Source: the human T2T-CHM13v2.0 reference genome, Homo sapiens. Taken from it: 64,000 bases of DNA. Numbering within the stretch: position 1 is the stretch's first letter; every line of letters starts with the position of its first letter. The stretch is from NCBI RefSeq assembly GCF_009914755.1, contig NC_060926.1; one strand, written 5' to 3'. The position numbers were made by a program, and so were the translations under genes. This document shows positions 41,368-58,009 of this stretch, in pieces. Under the pieces are notes generated by a model. It saw only the letters and a program-made list of their open reading frames with translations. It was not told the DNA's origin and made no database searches.

Positions 41368-43976
41368 GAGCTATACCTCATCCTGCTTTGATGCTTAGTG
41401 TCTTCCTTCCACTAGGAGAATTTAAGGACTCAGCTGCAACGATGACACTATTTGTGGAGCACGTGTTGTATAAGGTCATATGCTGGACTATGCTGTAGAC
41501 CCTTTATGTACCAACTCTGACACAGAAGGGCAGGGAAAGTACCCTTCCTAGAAGACTTGATTGTGGTAAGAAAAAGCCAATGCCTTTGTTACGGTAATTG
41601 CTTTTGACCTGCTCTTCTGGGAGACCTCTGGTAAGGTACAATGGAGTTCACCTAAGCAAAGTTTTAGTGGAAGAGATCAGGAATAATTAAGGCAGGGAGG
41701 GTGGGGAGAGGAAACAATCATGGAGAAGTCTCATCTTCAAGCATGGGAAATGTCAAGCCGGATTCACTCTGTGTAAAGGTCAGCCCTAACATGCCAACCT
41801 TTTAAATTTTTATTTGAAGGACTGTGTTTAAAATACCATGCTACAAATTTGCTAAACAAAGAAAAAAAAAACAATTCACTCTGAGAGAACCACGTATATA
41901 GCCACAGAAGACAGAGACACCACATTAGGGCACAAAACTAAATAAGAACAATGGAAATTCCCTGAAGTTTTAGGGAAGCAAATGAAAGAGCACAGGAACT
42001 TTTTTAAACATGTAGGAGAAAACTTTGGTGAAGGAAAGCAAGCAAACAACAAATGAAACTTCACTTATCTTGGAGCCAAGAAACTTGTTTTCCTGTTTTA
42101 GTTTGCTATTTGCTGGCTTTGTGACATTCAGCAGATAAAGACATTTCACTTTTCTCTACTATGGAGTAACACTTGGCTTACACACTGTAAATTATTGCTT
42201 TGTGCAACAAAATGAATCAAATGTTTTCAGAAATCATTAATTATTCGACAAATACTTGTGATTTTTTGATACTTTCAGATAAGTAGTTACGTATTATCTT
42301 AATGATTACCAACATTGCAACCAAATGTTGTCTGCCATTTTGAAGTAATACAAATCTGTTCTTGAGAAAAGTCCTAAGGGATCAAGCCAAACTTGTTTCC
42401 TAGCAGAGGCATTTCACAAAAGGTTAGGCAAAATTGAAAGCCATCATCAGACATTTAAAAATAAGGTTTTAAAAGCTGACCTAGTTGTTGAACAAATAGA
42501 CGTGTTTATTGAATACCTACTATGTGTATGTGTTGCCTAGGATTGAAGGAGAAGCAGAGCTGAAAAAATCAATATCCCTGAGCCTAAAAAGATCAGAATA
42601 CAGCCATACACTATTACAAAATGTCAAGGTAATATATAAAGAATACAGAGGTAAGGAAAAATAAGAGCTGGTTAATTTTAGAGTCAAAAGAGATCCCTAT
42701 GAATATAAATAGTTAAGGAACCATCATAGAGGAAAAGGTGGTAAGCTAGATAGTAAAAGATACCTTGGTGATAATTTTGATTCCATATAATAGAACAAAT
42801 ACTTAAACACTTGGATGGAATAGAGGTTGGAAAGTATGAGGATGAGGAAGGAGGGAAAGAGAGAAAAATGCTTTAGTTTTAATCCTAAAGGCATTATCAG
42901 TTTAAGTACTTCTCTGTGACTGAGGTTATTATCCACAATATCAGGGTGGACCCTCATGTCAGACTGAAACCAAATGGATTTTAGCACATTTGCCAGACCT
43001 AGAAGAAAACTTAATGAGAGATGTTAATATCTTTACGGTCTGTTCATTCTAAATAGGAAAGAAGATAGGAGGTGAAGACTGAACCCATTTGCCTTTGAGG
43101 GAGCAGGACACTTAGACAGCATTCTCACTCTTTGTGGCCAAATGAATTAATTCATCTATTTCTTATAATCTTCTTAATGGTAAAATATCTGCATGTGTAA
43201 AAAATTATTGTTTTATATATTTACACACACATATATTCAAATGAATGTATGTAGATATACGACTACACTAGTATCTGTGGGAAAAAGAGAAAAAAATCCT
43301 TTATGAGAGATGAAGTATAAAAAATGAGAATGGAATTCGGAGTTGCAAAGTGGATGCTTTTTTAGAAGATTGAACGGAAGAAAATGATCAGACTGAAATT
43401 AGCTGGATTGGAACAATGCTTTCTAAAAAGTGACCTATTCTGAGATGGGAAGATCATACCCTTTCAAGAAGAGACAATCAGCTTTTGTGTGTTATGTCAT
43501 TGTAAAAGCCACTTAGAGAAACGCAGCCCAGCACTTGCTTTTGAGAGGAGATGGTAAGATGACAAAACGATGAACTTAATGGACTATGAGATATTTTTAA
43601 ATAGCATTTTTCATTTTAAATGTGGATCCAAAACCAATGCTTATAGAATGAGGACTGAAAGCTTTAGTTCAAACCAGCAAGGCCTTCTCCAGTATCTGCA
43701 CCGAAAGCTCTCTGACAAGAATACACTTGATTTTCAACCAGCAAGAGACTAGTTATTCCATTTAGGGAAATGACATCCTGATGACCTAAAATTACCCTTG
43801 CAGTTTCTGCAGACTGTAGCTTCAGCAATGTGTCTATTCTGGGTTGCACAAAAAAAGAGTTTCGCTATGGCTTTTGGAGAACCCTTCCTGGGGAGTATCA
43901 TGCTTTTCCCAGCTTCTTTGCTAAAGGTGACATGAATGTCTATCAACATGGCACTTACCAGCCACCAGGGTTGGTA

Positions 43977-44130
43977 ATTCATTCATTCAGGAAGACTTTG
44001 TGAATGTTTACCATGTGCCAGACTCTGTGTTAGATGCTGGTTATACAGATTAAAAATATAGTGTCTGTCCTCAACAGCTTAACACCCTTTGGGAAGGAGA
44101 GTCAAGTAAACAGACAATTAGAATACAGCA
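43977..44130 (-). mobile_element. L2 3' end
   Basis: attcattcattca...tgaatgtttaccatgtgccagactctgtgttagatgctgg. Confidence 0.7.
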
Positions 44131-45680
44131 GAGCGATGGCCAGCTAACTGGATTCCTGAAAATGTGTTTGACTTCATCCTATCCTCTCTTTTCTCATTCA
44201 TTTCCTAACACTGCAGTCTGGCCCAGGCTCCTGCCTGATACTGATCTTCCAGGACTACACAACCTGCCAATCCAATGGCCAGTTTAACCTGCGCCACACC
44301 CATTTTCCAACAGTATTTGTCACTTTGCATCACCCACTAACTTTCTCAATTATCTCTTTTCTTGGTTCCCAGGACTGTGCAATATCTTGAATTTTCTCCT
44401 TATAACTTTGAAAAAAACAATTCTTTCTAAGTTTCCTCATGTAGAGTCATTTCCATTATTTAGCCCCTAAATGTTAAGACTACATAGAATTTTGTTAGTT
44501 CTTTCAATATGTGCTTTCTTTATATAATTTCATCTCTTAGCCTCCCAAACAAAACATAACCTCCAAATCACTCCCATATATATTCCATTGTCAGTTTTGT
44601 CCATGAGACTTTGGAAATGCCTCCAAGCTTCCATTCAAGATGGTAAACAGAGCTTATATATTTAACTACACCATAGTAAATTTCCATTTATATTCACAGT
44701 GTTATGTAAAAACATATACATTTTAAAAAACTGCATCAGTGTTACCAAACAGGGAAGGATGCCATTCACATATTCAATATTGTGAGGGTGTTTTTCCAAG
44801 ATTTATTATAGGTCTTGGATTACTAGATTGAAAAATTACTAGCCTATGATTCAATGCATGGGAAGGCAATCCCCCAGATCTCCAAAACACTCATGGCAGA
44901 ATTGGAGAAATGGGTAAGACCTGGGCAATCAAGAGAGTCCAAATCTCACAATTTGAATGACTTCAGCATGGACACCAGGAAAATCCTTGAGAGTCCCAGG
45001 CTTGGACTCTTACTCTGGGGCTCTTTGACCATAGACAGTCTCACGAATAATGCCAAATAAAATGGGGACATTTTCTCAACAAGCCACTGACATTGGCCTG
45101 TCTACTCTGTTCTATTTCCTGTACTTTTACATTGCCAGATAAAGATACCAGTCCTTGTAAGTGAGGAGTAGGAAGGGAGCTAAAGTTACAGGCATTCATG
45201 CAGTAGGAAGGTTTGAGTCTTCTGACACGGGTTTATTTCTCTGTTTGTGGGTGTTTGTCACTTGCATCTGTTGTAGCAGCCAACATTTATCAGGGACTCA
45301 GTTATTGTTTATTGGGCAATGCAAATGTCCATGTTGTGAGACTCTTACAGGAAGGCTTCCTCCAAAACCGGGCACACCAACAGGGCAAGCTCTGTGTGCC
45401 TCTGTCCACTCTCTGCTCCAATTACATTTCTAAAAGATCAAACTTGACCCCAATGCCCCACCCCTTCTCCTCCAGCTCCTGCTGCCTGCACTGATGGACC
45501 CTACTGCCTGGTTGGCATATCACTTGGTTTACAGCAACTGGAAAGAGGAATATAATGTAACAAACCTTGCTGCTATTTACAAGATTGTTCTTTCTTTGTT
45601 TTTACTCCCTCAAGTTGGTTGTAACACTGAAGTTAGCTGGGCTACTGCCTCATATCCCTAACTGAAATGACTTTGCTCAA

Positions 45681-46068
45681 TGCTGTGGTTTGAATGTGTG
45701 TGCCGTGGTTTGAATGTGTGTGCCACCACCCCCAAATTAACATGCTGAAGCCTAGTCACCAATGCGAGGCTATTAGAAGGCAGGGCCTTTGGGAGGTGAT
45801 TAGATCATGAGGGTGGAACCTTCATAAATGGGATTATGACCTTATAAAATAGGCCCAGAGAGCTGCCTTTTCCCTTTTATCCTATGGGGACACAGTAAGA
45901 GGATGCCATCTATAAATCAGAAAGCAGAGTCTCACCAGATACTGAATTTGCCAGTGCCCTGATCATGGACCCTCCAGCCTTCAGAATTGTGAGAAATTTC
46001 TGTTGTTTATAAGCTACTTATATAAGCTATATGGCATTTTGTGGTAGCAGCCCAAATGAACTAAGACA
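45681..46068 (+). mobile_element. MLT1A(0)-like MaLR solo LTR with a duplicated 20-bp 5' terminus
   Basis: tgctgtggtttgaatgtgtg x2; gggcctttgggaggtgattagatcatgagggtgga; ends gcagcccaaatgaactaagaca. Confidence 0.9.
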
Positions 46069-46129
46069 CTTATCAACAAACCCTCTTCAGTAAAGTCCTA
46101 CTTTAAAAAGTGTGCACCCTATGCCATGG

Positions 46130-46480
46130 TGTATCAGTCAATTATTACCATAATCATTTTGTGTGACAAACAACCTCAAGATCTTAATGGATTACAACAG
46201 TAACTACTTATTTTCCTTGCTTCTGTGAGTCAGGTATGGCTTTACTAGGATAGGATGGGCTTGGCTACAGGTCAGATTAGCATTGTTCCAACCATTTTTT
46301 CTTTTGCAGGCAACAGACACCTGAGCCATGTACTCCTCCTGATGGATCGCAGGAGCATAAGATGGTAAGCCGAAACACAGAATACATCGCAAAGCCCATC
46401 CTTGAAACTAGGACAATGTCCATCAGCTACAAGCCCTATGATTAAGTCCATCAAAGGTGAAGTAGATGGAACTCCATATA
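46130..46480 (-). mobile_element. Old MLT1 (J/K-like) LTR
   Basis: tgtatcagtca...tgtgacaaacaacctcaagatcttaatggattacaacagtaa; ggtaagccgaaacac. Confidence 0.65.
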
Positions 46481-47048
46481 GACAAAAATAAAGGTGACAG
46501 GTAAGAATAGGAAACGGTTGAAGTGGATGAGATAAAATTCTAACCTTATGAATAATTTCAGGAATATAACAAGTGTCTTTCCAAGTTATGGTTGGCTATG
46601 TATGATAGATTTATTTATTTATCCCAATTTTGCCCTCCCTCCAAGGTATGAGATTATACATTTACCCCCTTTATAGTATGGCTTCTTAGTTACTGGATCT
46701 TGGGTTAGTCTAGCCTTCAATTTGATACTGTAAACAAGATGTTTTATGCTGATTCTTTTCTTATCTATGCTGATGCAAATTTCTCCTAATATGTATCTTG
46801 GTGTGATACACACACACATTATTTGACACCCATATATCTATGTATATATGTATAGGTCTGCATATATATTTGTGCAAGCATAAATTTGTAAGGGAGGGGA
46901 ATTAAATGTATAAGGCTTAAATTGCCATCTTGAACCAGAAGACCTTTGGGTGTAATTTTTCCATGTTTGTTTAAGTGTGTTTCTCCCAAAGAGACTGTAT
47001 ATCATCTTGGTATTCTAAGCACATAATATTGTTCCAGGACTAGTCATA

Positions 47049-47126
<78 letters not shown>
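47049..47126. repeat. Compound microsatellite (TAAA)n-(TG)n
   Basis: About 11 TAAA units directly followed by about 16 TG units. Confidence 0.97.
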
Positions 47127-47128
<2 letters not shown>

Positions 47129-50100
47129 CACTCAACAAATGTTCAAATTAAATTATTAATCAAATTAATGATTTGGCTATTCTTTCCAAACATTTTATGA
47201 TGATAAAAACTTAAATCCTGTACTAAAATCTTGCATCTTTTCATCCCATTCATTCTGTGACCCAGCAGCTTAATCCTGCCTTGCTGACCTTGTATATTCT
47301 CTAGTTCCATGATGCCTCCTTTAAGGTGGGGTGAAATATGTAGCAAATAACTCAGGGTAAAGGCACAATTATCTGTTAACAGAATTTAAGAGATGTGAGT
47401 TTTTATCAGAGATGGTACATAACAAAAGTTAGTATCAGTAAACTGTGGTTCTAACTTTTCTGCTACTGTTGGACTTTTTAAACCCCTTCACCTCTCTAAC
47501 CTCAGATTTCCCAAAAGAAAATGGAAACACGTTTTTAGAAGCTACTTTTCCTCCCCACCTTACCTGGCTATATCAAATGAAATGTTTGAGAATATGCTAT
47601 GAATAAGAAGTGTTACAAAAATATGATCTGCAAGTATTAAAAGAGAAATTTAATAAATCCAGAGACTATTGTTTAGAAAGTAATTATTACTTGTGTCTCT
47701 CAGGGCAAGGAGAAGGGAACAGAAGGATACGGAGAAGCTATTTGTAGTTCACCCCTGCCTAGATAAAATGACTTTAAACACAGTATACAATCGCAGAATA
47801 AGAAGTATCCCTCAAGATATAAAATTCTTCCCATATTACCTCCCCCATCATCCACATCCAAGAATCCAGCATGGGGGCAGGTAAAGGGGAAAGAAGATCA
47901 GCAACTTCAGAAGGGGGTCTCTATGGGAGGGAATTGTCAGAGTCTGTCAGCCTCACTCAACCTTCAGGGTTCTGGTTAATGTATTTTGACAGGGAAGAGA
48001 GTTGATTCTGAATAAATGAATCCTTTCATGTAGAGAACTTCTGGGGAGCAGTGCAGAGTGAAAAAAACCAGCACCCATGACTTCCTCATGTGGAATTCTG
48101 GGCTGATGCTCCATCTGACTCCAGGTAATCACGGGGCATTTCTTTCAAAGCCATCCATATTTCTGGGCTGGAAAAAAAAAGTTTCAAAGACTAAACCCCA
48201 TGCTGAGGAGCTGATTTCTTATAACAATAGCTAATGATGAGTGTTCTTGAAACCCCTTTTTAATCAAAGGACAGGGATTGTCAGAGCAGATATCACTGTA
48301 TTAAGTCCAAACTAAAAGCCTGGTCAGGGCTTCTATACTATAGTTAAAACCATTAATAAAGGCAGCTCTAAGATATTTCTGTGAGAGATTCAGAAAGAAC
48401 ACTAATTAACCCAGACAGGGAATCTTCCAAAGATGTATTCCTTCTGTTGAAGAATATCCTGTATTGGCATTTTTGTGAATCATTCTTGACATTTTGCCAG
48501 TTCTGCTGTCAGCTTTCAAGGGATACAGAAATAGTGAGTAGATTTTTAAGAGCAAAAATCTATAAAACAAAGTCTGATTACAACACTACTGGCTGGCTTA
48601 AAAACAAACACAGAGATGATCATTAAAAAACAAAACTTCTAGCAAAGTCTCCTGTGGTAAAATAGCTTCATCTTGTTGGTATGAGACCATGTCTGAAAGA
48701 GCCAACTTAGATTGAATTACAGTGTTCTCTGGATTACAAGTGTAAAAGTGTTTTGGGTTATTGTTTAGTGAACATGTCTGGGTGAGCAGACAGTCATACG
48801 CATATACATATATTCATTCAGTGAATATTTATTAAACAGCTATTCTGTGCCAGACACTGCTAATAAACTCTTAAGAGAGCTGCCGTTATTACTTTTTATA
48901 AAATACTAGTAATTGTTCTAAAAAGAGTAATTGCTAAATGTTTATTTTATGCTTCAAGTAACTGAACATTTTTAGACATAAGTAGTATGCACAAGCTCAT
49001 TATTAAAAAACTAAAGTAGAATATTGGCTATTAAAGTGGAAGTAAAGTATCTATTCACCAGTCCCTGACTTCCATAGCCCAACCACCACTTCCTGTGGAA
49101 ATATTATTCATGGAGCGTGATTTAAAGAGTATTACTCTCAAACATTCTTACCACCCAGAACTTGCTAATGGCATTCAAAAGTGATGTAACACAAGTCACA
49201 TTTCACACTTATACTTCCTCTTTATTCGCATAGTACCCATACTACTCTAGAAAACAGTATTTTTAGCTCCCTCACTTTAGCCCCTAAAATGACTGAGAAT
49301 AAGAGAAGATCGAAGTTTTCTTCCTTTCCTTTCCTTTCTGCCATCCTCCCTCCTTCTTTCTCTTTCTTTCCTTTTTTTCTTCTTTCCTTCTTTCTTGTTA
49401 TTGTTTTTAAATTATATGCATAGGCCAATATAACACAGACACAAGTTTGCAGGTTGTCAGGAAAATAAGAAAGAGAACATTTTGACTAAGAACTCCAAAT
49501 TGAACCAGAATAGAGGACATAGTGCATTTCTTTGTAACTTGGAAAGTTGGGTCATGGAGAAGCTACTGTGTAAAATAGGCATATAAAATTTTGGCATTAA
49601 AGAAGACTCTTGCTCAGCCAATGACATGTGGACTGCCTGGATATCCCCAAATTCTGATTCCACATTTGTTTTTATAAAACAAAACAAATGAACAAAGAAC
49701 AGCCCCATATTCACCTGCTACTTGCTACAAAACATAGGCCTGAGAGAATTTATGAGCAAAGGCAGGATGTTCACTTTAAATATGTTTGTATAGCATTTGG
49801 AATCCTCAGAGAATGGGGCCTGAATAAATAAAACACCACTACTAATAATATTTCACAAAGCTCGGTGAGAGAGTGGCTGTGGACCCTGGCCATTCCCTGG
49901 GCATACCTGCCTCTTATCAAACTCGCATCACAGTCTGATGGGGTGTCCTTCTCTTGCCCTTGCCATTCAATAACTCCTGCAAGTGCAGAAGACAATGGGG
50001 GTTTTAAGGAAGGGTCAGGATTCTCTGCCCATCTCCATTGCTCCTGCACTCAGCCACGTGGTCACCTCCTGCAACTGGCATTGTGCAGAACGTCATGGAA

Positions 50101-50959
50101 GAGAAATGGTCCCTGGGCAGAGTCTGTCAGCAGGAATTCTGGCTGAGGAAGAGAGACAGTTCTTGTCCAGCATCGTATTTCTTTCTCTACCTTAGTAATA
50201 GCCAGAGAATACTGGAAATGACCGACTGAGTAAATTGCTTTTGGAACAAATGCGCTCCCTCCCACTGGTCTCCTCCTTCTCTTTTTTTGGTTTCTGGCTC
50301 TCTCCCCTCCCTCCTCATCTCCTCCTATCCCTCTGCAAGCATGAAAATCTCTCCTCTCTTTCAGATGATGCAAAGCTACTGACAAAGGTCAGGAAAACAT
50401 GTATATATGTAATATGTAATGTTTTGCTAACAATTCAGGATGTCGCCTCCAGCTTTCCAGGTCATGAAGTAGGTGTGGTCTAGGTCAGAAAAGCCATCCG
50501 TCTTCACATTCATGCAGCCAGGCCAGCATGTAGGGGCCACTTGCAAACATCACTGACCCCATAACAAGGTCTGTCTCTTGAGATTTATCCACAAGCATTG
50601 GCCTGAAGCCCCTTGGCTGGTAAAACATGACCCCAAGAGGAGGAGATAGTTCAGATTCCTGACTGGGTGCACCCAACAGAATGAAGTCATTAACGTTGTT
50701 GCTACTTCCAGCTTCCCTCTCAGTCCAGCCTGGGTTCTCCTCCCTGAAACTTGCTCTGGATTCCTTTGAACAGCTTTGTTATCAGCTGCACAGATACTGT
50801 AAACCAACCTTCAGTGAGTGTGTCTGTCTCTGGTAGTGGTTAAAATTACACAAAGACACACCTTTATTGGGAGTTACTGCTGTGAACTTCCTTTACACTA
50901 GGGATATAATACAACTTATAAAGCAGGTGTCTGCCAAATTAACGAGCATAGTCTGCACT

Positions 50960-51695
50960 GCTTTCTGACACCAACAACAAATTCTCCGGCTCTCTAGAAA
51001 CCAACTAGATATCCTACAATTCAATTCTGTTCTGACACTATCTACCTAGAGTTAGCATCAGAGCCCATGAGTTAAGAGCTCAGTCCCACAAGACCATGCC
51101 CACTTTAGACACCAGTCCTAAGTCCCAGGCTGTCACCTGTACTTCTGACTGGATATAAATTCGAGGGTTTTCATTATCCCCTTTTAAGTTTTGCTACTTT
51201 TCTAGGACAGTTCATAGAACTCAAGAAAATACTTCATTATTTATTGTAAAGGATACATCTCAGGAATAGCCAAATAAAAGAGATACAAAATGCAATGTAT
51301 TGGGGGAGAGCGTGTGCAGAATTCCCATGATCACTCTGGGCATGCCGCACTCCCAGCAACTCAGAAGCTCTCCAAACCCCACTGTTTAGGGTTTTTATGC
51401 AGGTCTCATTGCATAGGCATAATTGATTAAATTATTGGCCATTGGTGATTGGTCTCAACCTTTAGAATCTCTCCCCTCCCCAGGGGTCACTGCTTGAGGC
51501 TGAAAGTTCCAACTTCTAGTCATGCCTTGATCTTCCTGGTGAGCAGTTGCCATTCTAAAGCTGTCTGGAGCCCCAAGACACCAATCACATCATTAGCATA
51601 CAAAAGACACTAATCCCCTGGAGATTCCAAGGACTTTAGGAGCTGTGTGCCATCAATCAGGGACAAAGATCCTCATATATTCCTTATTATGCCAT
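50960..51695 (-). mobile_element. MER21(C)-like LTR with eroded termini
   Basis: tcaattctgttctgacactatctacctagagttagcatcaga...gctcagtcccacaagac...ttggccattggtgatt...gagattccaaggactttaggagctgtgtgcca. Confidence 0.85.
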
Positions 51696-51837
51696 GGGAA
51701 ATAATACAGTTTACAAAGCAGGGTGTCTGCTAAATGAATCTTAATTAATGAACACAGAGATCCATGATTAGAGGTGTTGCCATGTGTGTCCCCACACTCT
51801 CCACCCACATGCATTAATGTCCCTTAGCAAAGAGCCT

Positions 51838-54143
<2,306 letters not shown>

Positions 54144-54159
54144 AATCTGCACTAATGCA

Positions 54160-54500
54160 GCCAGGCCTGGCCTTGTCTGGATCTAGGAAAGATTAACAGA
54201 GAGGCTGACTCCTCTAAAGGCCTGAAAAGAAATACTGACCACCTTTTTCTCTGAGGGCTGCTACCTGTGAAGTTTCAACTACGTAACAAGACCACCTTGC
54301 CTAGTAAAACCTCCTCTTTTCTCCCTTCTATAATCTGATTTGTCATCATAACCCATTCTGGGCCATTCTCTGAAACCTCATTCTTTCTGTAACCTCAAGA
54401 TGGTATATAAGCTTCTGTACCCTATGGGGGGATGGGGGTTGGGTCTTCGTTCTGAAGGTTCTTGTACATACACATTAAATAAATTCATATGCCTTTTCTC
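54160..54500 (+). mobile_element. ERV1 MER4-group LTR fragment (MER34/MER39-like)
   Basis: gggctgctacctgtga...aacaagaccacc...cattctttctgtaacctcaagatggtatataagcttctgtaccc...aataaattcatatgccttttctcct. Confidence 0.7.
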
Positions 54501-55425
54501 CTAAGAACACAATCAAACAAAAGCCTCACCGGTGAGTTAATTCCACACCCCAGGACCTACCTCATCTGAGACCCAGTCTTCAGGGACCTCTCTCCAGCCC
54601 TGTCATCTGATATCATTGAAATAGATTAAACTTGACTTTCTGAGCTCCTCTTTTGGCTCCTATAGCCTGCAGCTCTGCTTGCATGTGCCTATGTGATTTC
54701 TCATTCCAGTCATATTACAAACTAACCGAGACACAGATCTTGTGCAAAAATTTTCTGCTGCCATCTCAGCATCTACTTCAGTGTCTTCCCAAGCATCAGT
54801 AAATGTTTGCTAATAATTAATTAATAAAATAGATCTATAAAATGACTATTACTGGGAATAATAATACTGATAATAAAAATAATATTTAAGTAACATTTAT
54901 AACTTGCCGGGAACTTTACTAGACATACATTTAATAATTAATTTAATTTATATGAACCAGCTGTGAAAGGGAGTTAACATATTCTCTACACAGGAAAAAC
55001 CAAAGTTTAGAGAAAAATGCTAAAGAAACTGACACAGGGTCATGCATAGAGGAGGCAAAAAAAAAAAAAAAAAAAGATTCCTGCCTCATAATCCCCAGAA
55101 TGTTGAGGCAAAGTGGAATTTTGAAGGTATCATTAATAAGATTTTTCAATGCTCAGTAGGGAAGATTGATTTTCTCTAACAAAATGGAACTCTGTCTTCA
55201 CAAACTCATACAGAAAGTTCTCTTCATAAGTGATCAGGATTTGCAATGTGCTTATCCAGTTGCTCCTAGATTTTTAGTAAAAGTCATCTATATATCACAG
55301 AATAACTGAGCGAGGAGGACTATAAAAAATAATCCAGTTCCAAAAATTGTTTACTTTCAGCATCCAGTTGATATCTTTAAGCTTCTGTAGGCAGAAAATA
55401 CTTCAGAGCTTGAGTGCATGACATA

Positions 55426-55915
55426 CAAATGGTCTCTGATGTTATTTTTCAACTTATTTTTTAACTTTATGATGGTACAAAAGTGATACATATTCAATAG
55501 AAACCATACTTTGAATTTTGATCCTTTCCAGGGATACTATGCTATGATGGGGTGCTATTCTCCCTCTCTCTCTTTTGCTGTCTCCATGCTGGACACTGGC
55601 AGTGAGCCACAGCTCCCAGTCAGCCACACATTCATGAGGGTAAACAACTGATACAGCCATTCTGTTTTTCATTTTCAGTCCAGTATTCAATAAGATACAT
55701 GAGATATTCAGCACTTTGTTATAAAAAAGGCTTTGTGTTAGATAATTTTGCCCAACTACAGGCCAATGTATTGTTCCGAGCATATTTAAGCTAGGCTGGG
55801 CTGAGCTATGCTGTTTAGTAGGTTATCTGTATTCAATGCATTTTTGACTTAAGATATTTTCACCTTACAATAGGTTTATTGAAATGTAACCCCATCATAA
55901 GTCAAGGAGCATCTA
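55426..55915 (-). mobile_element. Tigger5/MER47-family DNA transposon
   Basis: Ends gtaaccccatcataagtcaaggagcatct; internal ggctttgtgttagataattttgcccaactacaggc; TA at 55424-55425. Confidence 0.85.
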
Positions 55916-57464
55916 TGCTTCAAACAGTCCTGGGCAAGAAAGAGTTGAACTTTGCTCTACACCCCCACTATATTCATGCCTCCTAGTATCTTGGCTATGT
56001 CTACTAATTCTCAATTGCAGCCTTTACTTTAGGGATGTAGTTTTCAAGATGACCCTTTTTGGGATGTTAGTGTCTTCCAATGTTGTACAGATTATGTCTA
56101 GTCTTGCCTGTTGACCACAGTCTAGCAATTAGTATTATAACCTAACATACCTCTAGCTTCCAATTTGGCTCGATTATATATGCCTCAGAATCTTGGAAAG
56201 ATGTACAATTTGTTTATTTATTTCATAAGAAGTGAGAATTAAATTGGATCTTTAATCCACAAGTCATATTTTCTTTCTTCAGTGCCATGCAATAAAGTCA
56301 GTCTCTTTGTCAGTGGAGAAGCTGCTCGTCAATACAAATTGAGCACTTGGTGACAGGAAGAGGTACAGATGTATGAGATGAAGGAATAGTAGCTAATGAA
56401 CTATTTTAGGGTATCAGTTAGCATTCAATAGTCAAAATTCACTTAACGAGAATAAACTAAATCCTATACATTCGATATTGATTTCTACCTGGATTTAGTT
56501 ATTCATAGAACCTATAAAAATTGTGACTCCATAATTATGGGGATCTTGAACTGAATAAAAGAGGAACAAGGACATACACAAACTGCTAAGGTAGAAGAAA
56601 ATTGAAGAGATTAGCTGGGTTATAACTAGTATCACAAGAACAAAAACAGAGATATAAGAAAATTAACAAAACATAAAAACAAATTCAGAAAACCTTTGGT
56701 CTGAGGCCTCTTATATTAAATCAGCTCAAACTTCCACCACAACCGAGATATAAAGGTGGATGGACTGCACTATCAGTACCTTTTGGCACCTGTTGTTTGT
56801 TCCCCTTCAAGACTCTTTTAATATTCATATAAAATAGTGAGTGACCAGAGAGCATAAGGTCACTTCTCCTAAAGATCAGAGGCACACAATGTCCTCAACC
56901 TCCTTGCATAAACATGCACCCACTTATCTCCCCCAACTCCAACCACAATTCTACCTGTTTGCCCAACCCCTTAACTTAACCAAGTTCAACTGTCTTTAGG
57001 TAACAGGTTACAATCTTGTGAGGATGTCAGATTGGGATTACGTGTTTCATAAATGTTTGGTTGAGTTGACCTATAAAATGAATGCTATTTTCTTCAGAGA
57101 AAGATTTAATGCAATTTTCCTTAATGAGTTTAAAACCATTAATGCCTTTTATTTCTTAAATCTATTTTTGCTCCTTATATTTACCTAGAAATGTATTTCC
57201 TACATATATGCTCTGAATGTATTAGCATTTCATTACTTTAACTTGTGTTTCTCTGTAGCTATGGCCCATTTTTTATGCCTAATATTGTTTATTTGGGGTT
57301 TTCTCTCTAGTTTATAAGGAAAATTGAATTGTCTATTTTGTCTTTTCAATGGACACACTTAATCTTTTTTGATATTCTCTCCATTATATCTTTGTTTTAT
57401 TCTTCACTAATTTACTACTATTATTTTTTGAAATTATCTCCTTCTTAAGTTTGTGCTTACTTTA

Positions 57465-57725
57465 TGCGGTAGGCAGATTTTGAAAATTGGCTTCCAAGGT
57501 TCCATGTCCTAATCTCTAGAACTCGTGAATATGATGAGATAGCTCTCCCATGATAATGTTACACTATATGGCATAGTTGAATATAAGATAAGGAGATTAT
57601 CTGAATAAGTGTAATGTAATCCTATAAACCCCTTTAAAACCAGAGTTTTCTGCAGCTGGTAGTGGAAGAGATAGACACTGGAAGCATGAGGGAAATTTGA
57701 TTTGCGATTGTTGAGATTGAAAGTG
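57465..57725 (+). mobile_element. MLT1D/E-like LTR, 5' part
   Basis: tgcggtaggcagattt...cctaatctctagaactcgtgaatatgatgagat...ggagattatct. Confidence 0.7.
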
Positions 57726-58009
57726 TGGCTAATTGTGTTTATGCGGCTGAGTTATGAGTTCTGGTCATTAGTGTGAGTGACAGTACTGTAAGGAACTTCT
57801 CATTTCCACGTATTCTTATTGGTAAGAGAGAATAATATTTAAGTAACATTAGAAAAGATATATCAAGAATGGCAGAGGTTTCCTACCACTTATAAACCAT
57901 TTTTTTCTAGACTATTGTAGAAGAAAAATAGAAACTCTGTTTTATATAAACCACTGTATTTTAGGGTGTCTTAATCACAGTACTTTGGCCTGTACCCTAA
58001 TCATTACAA

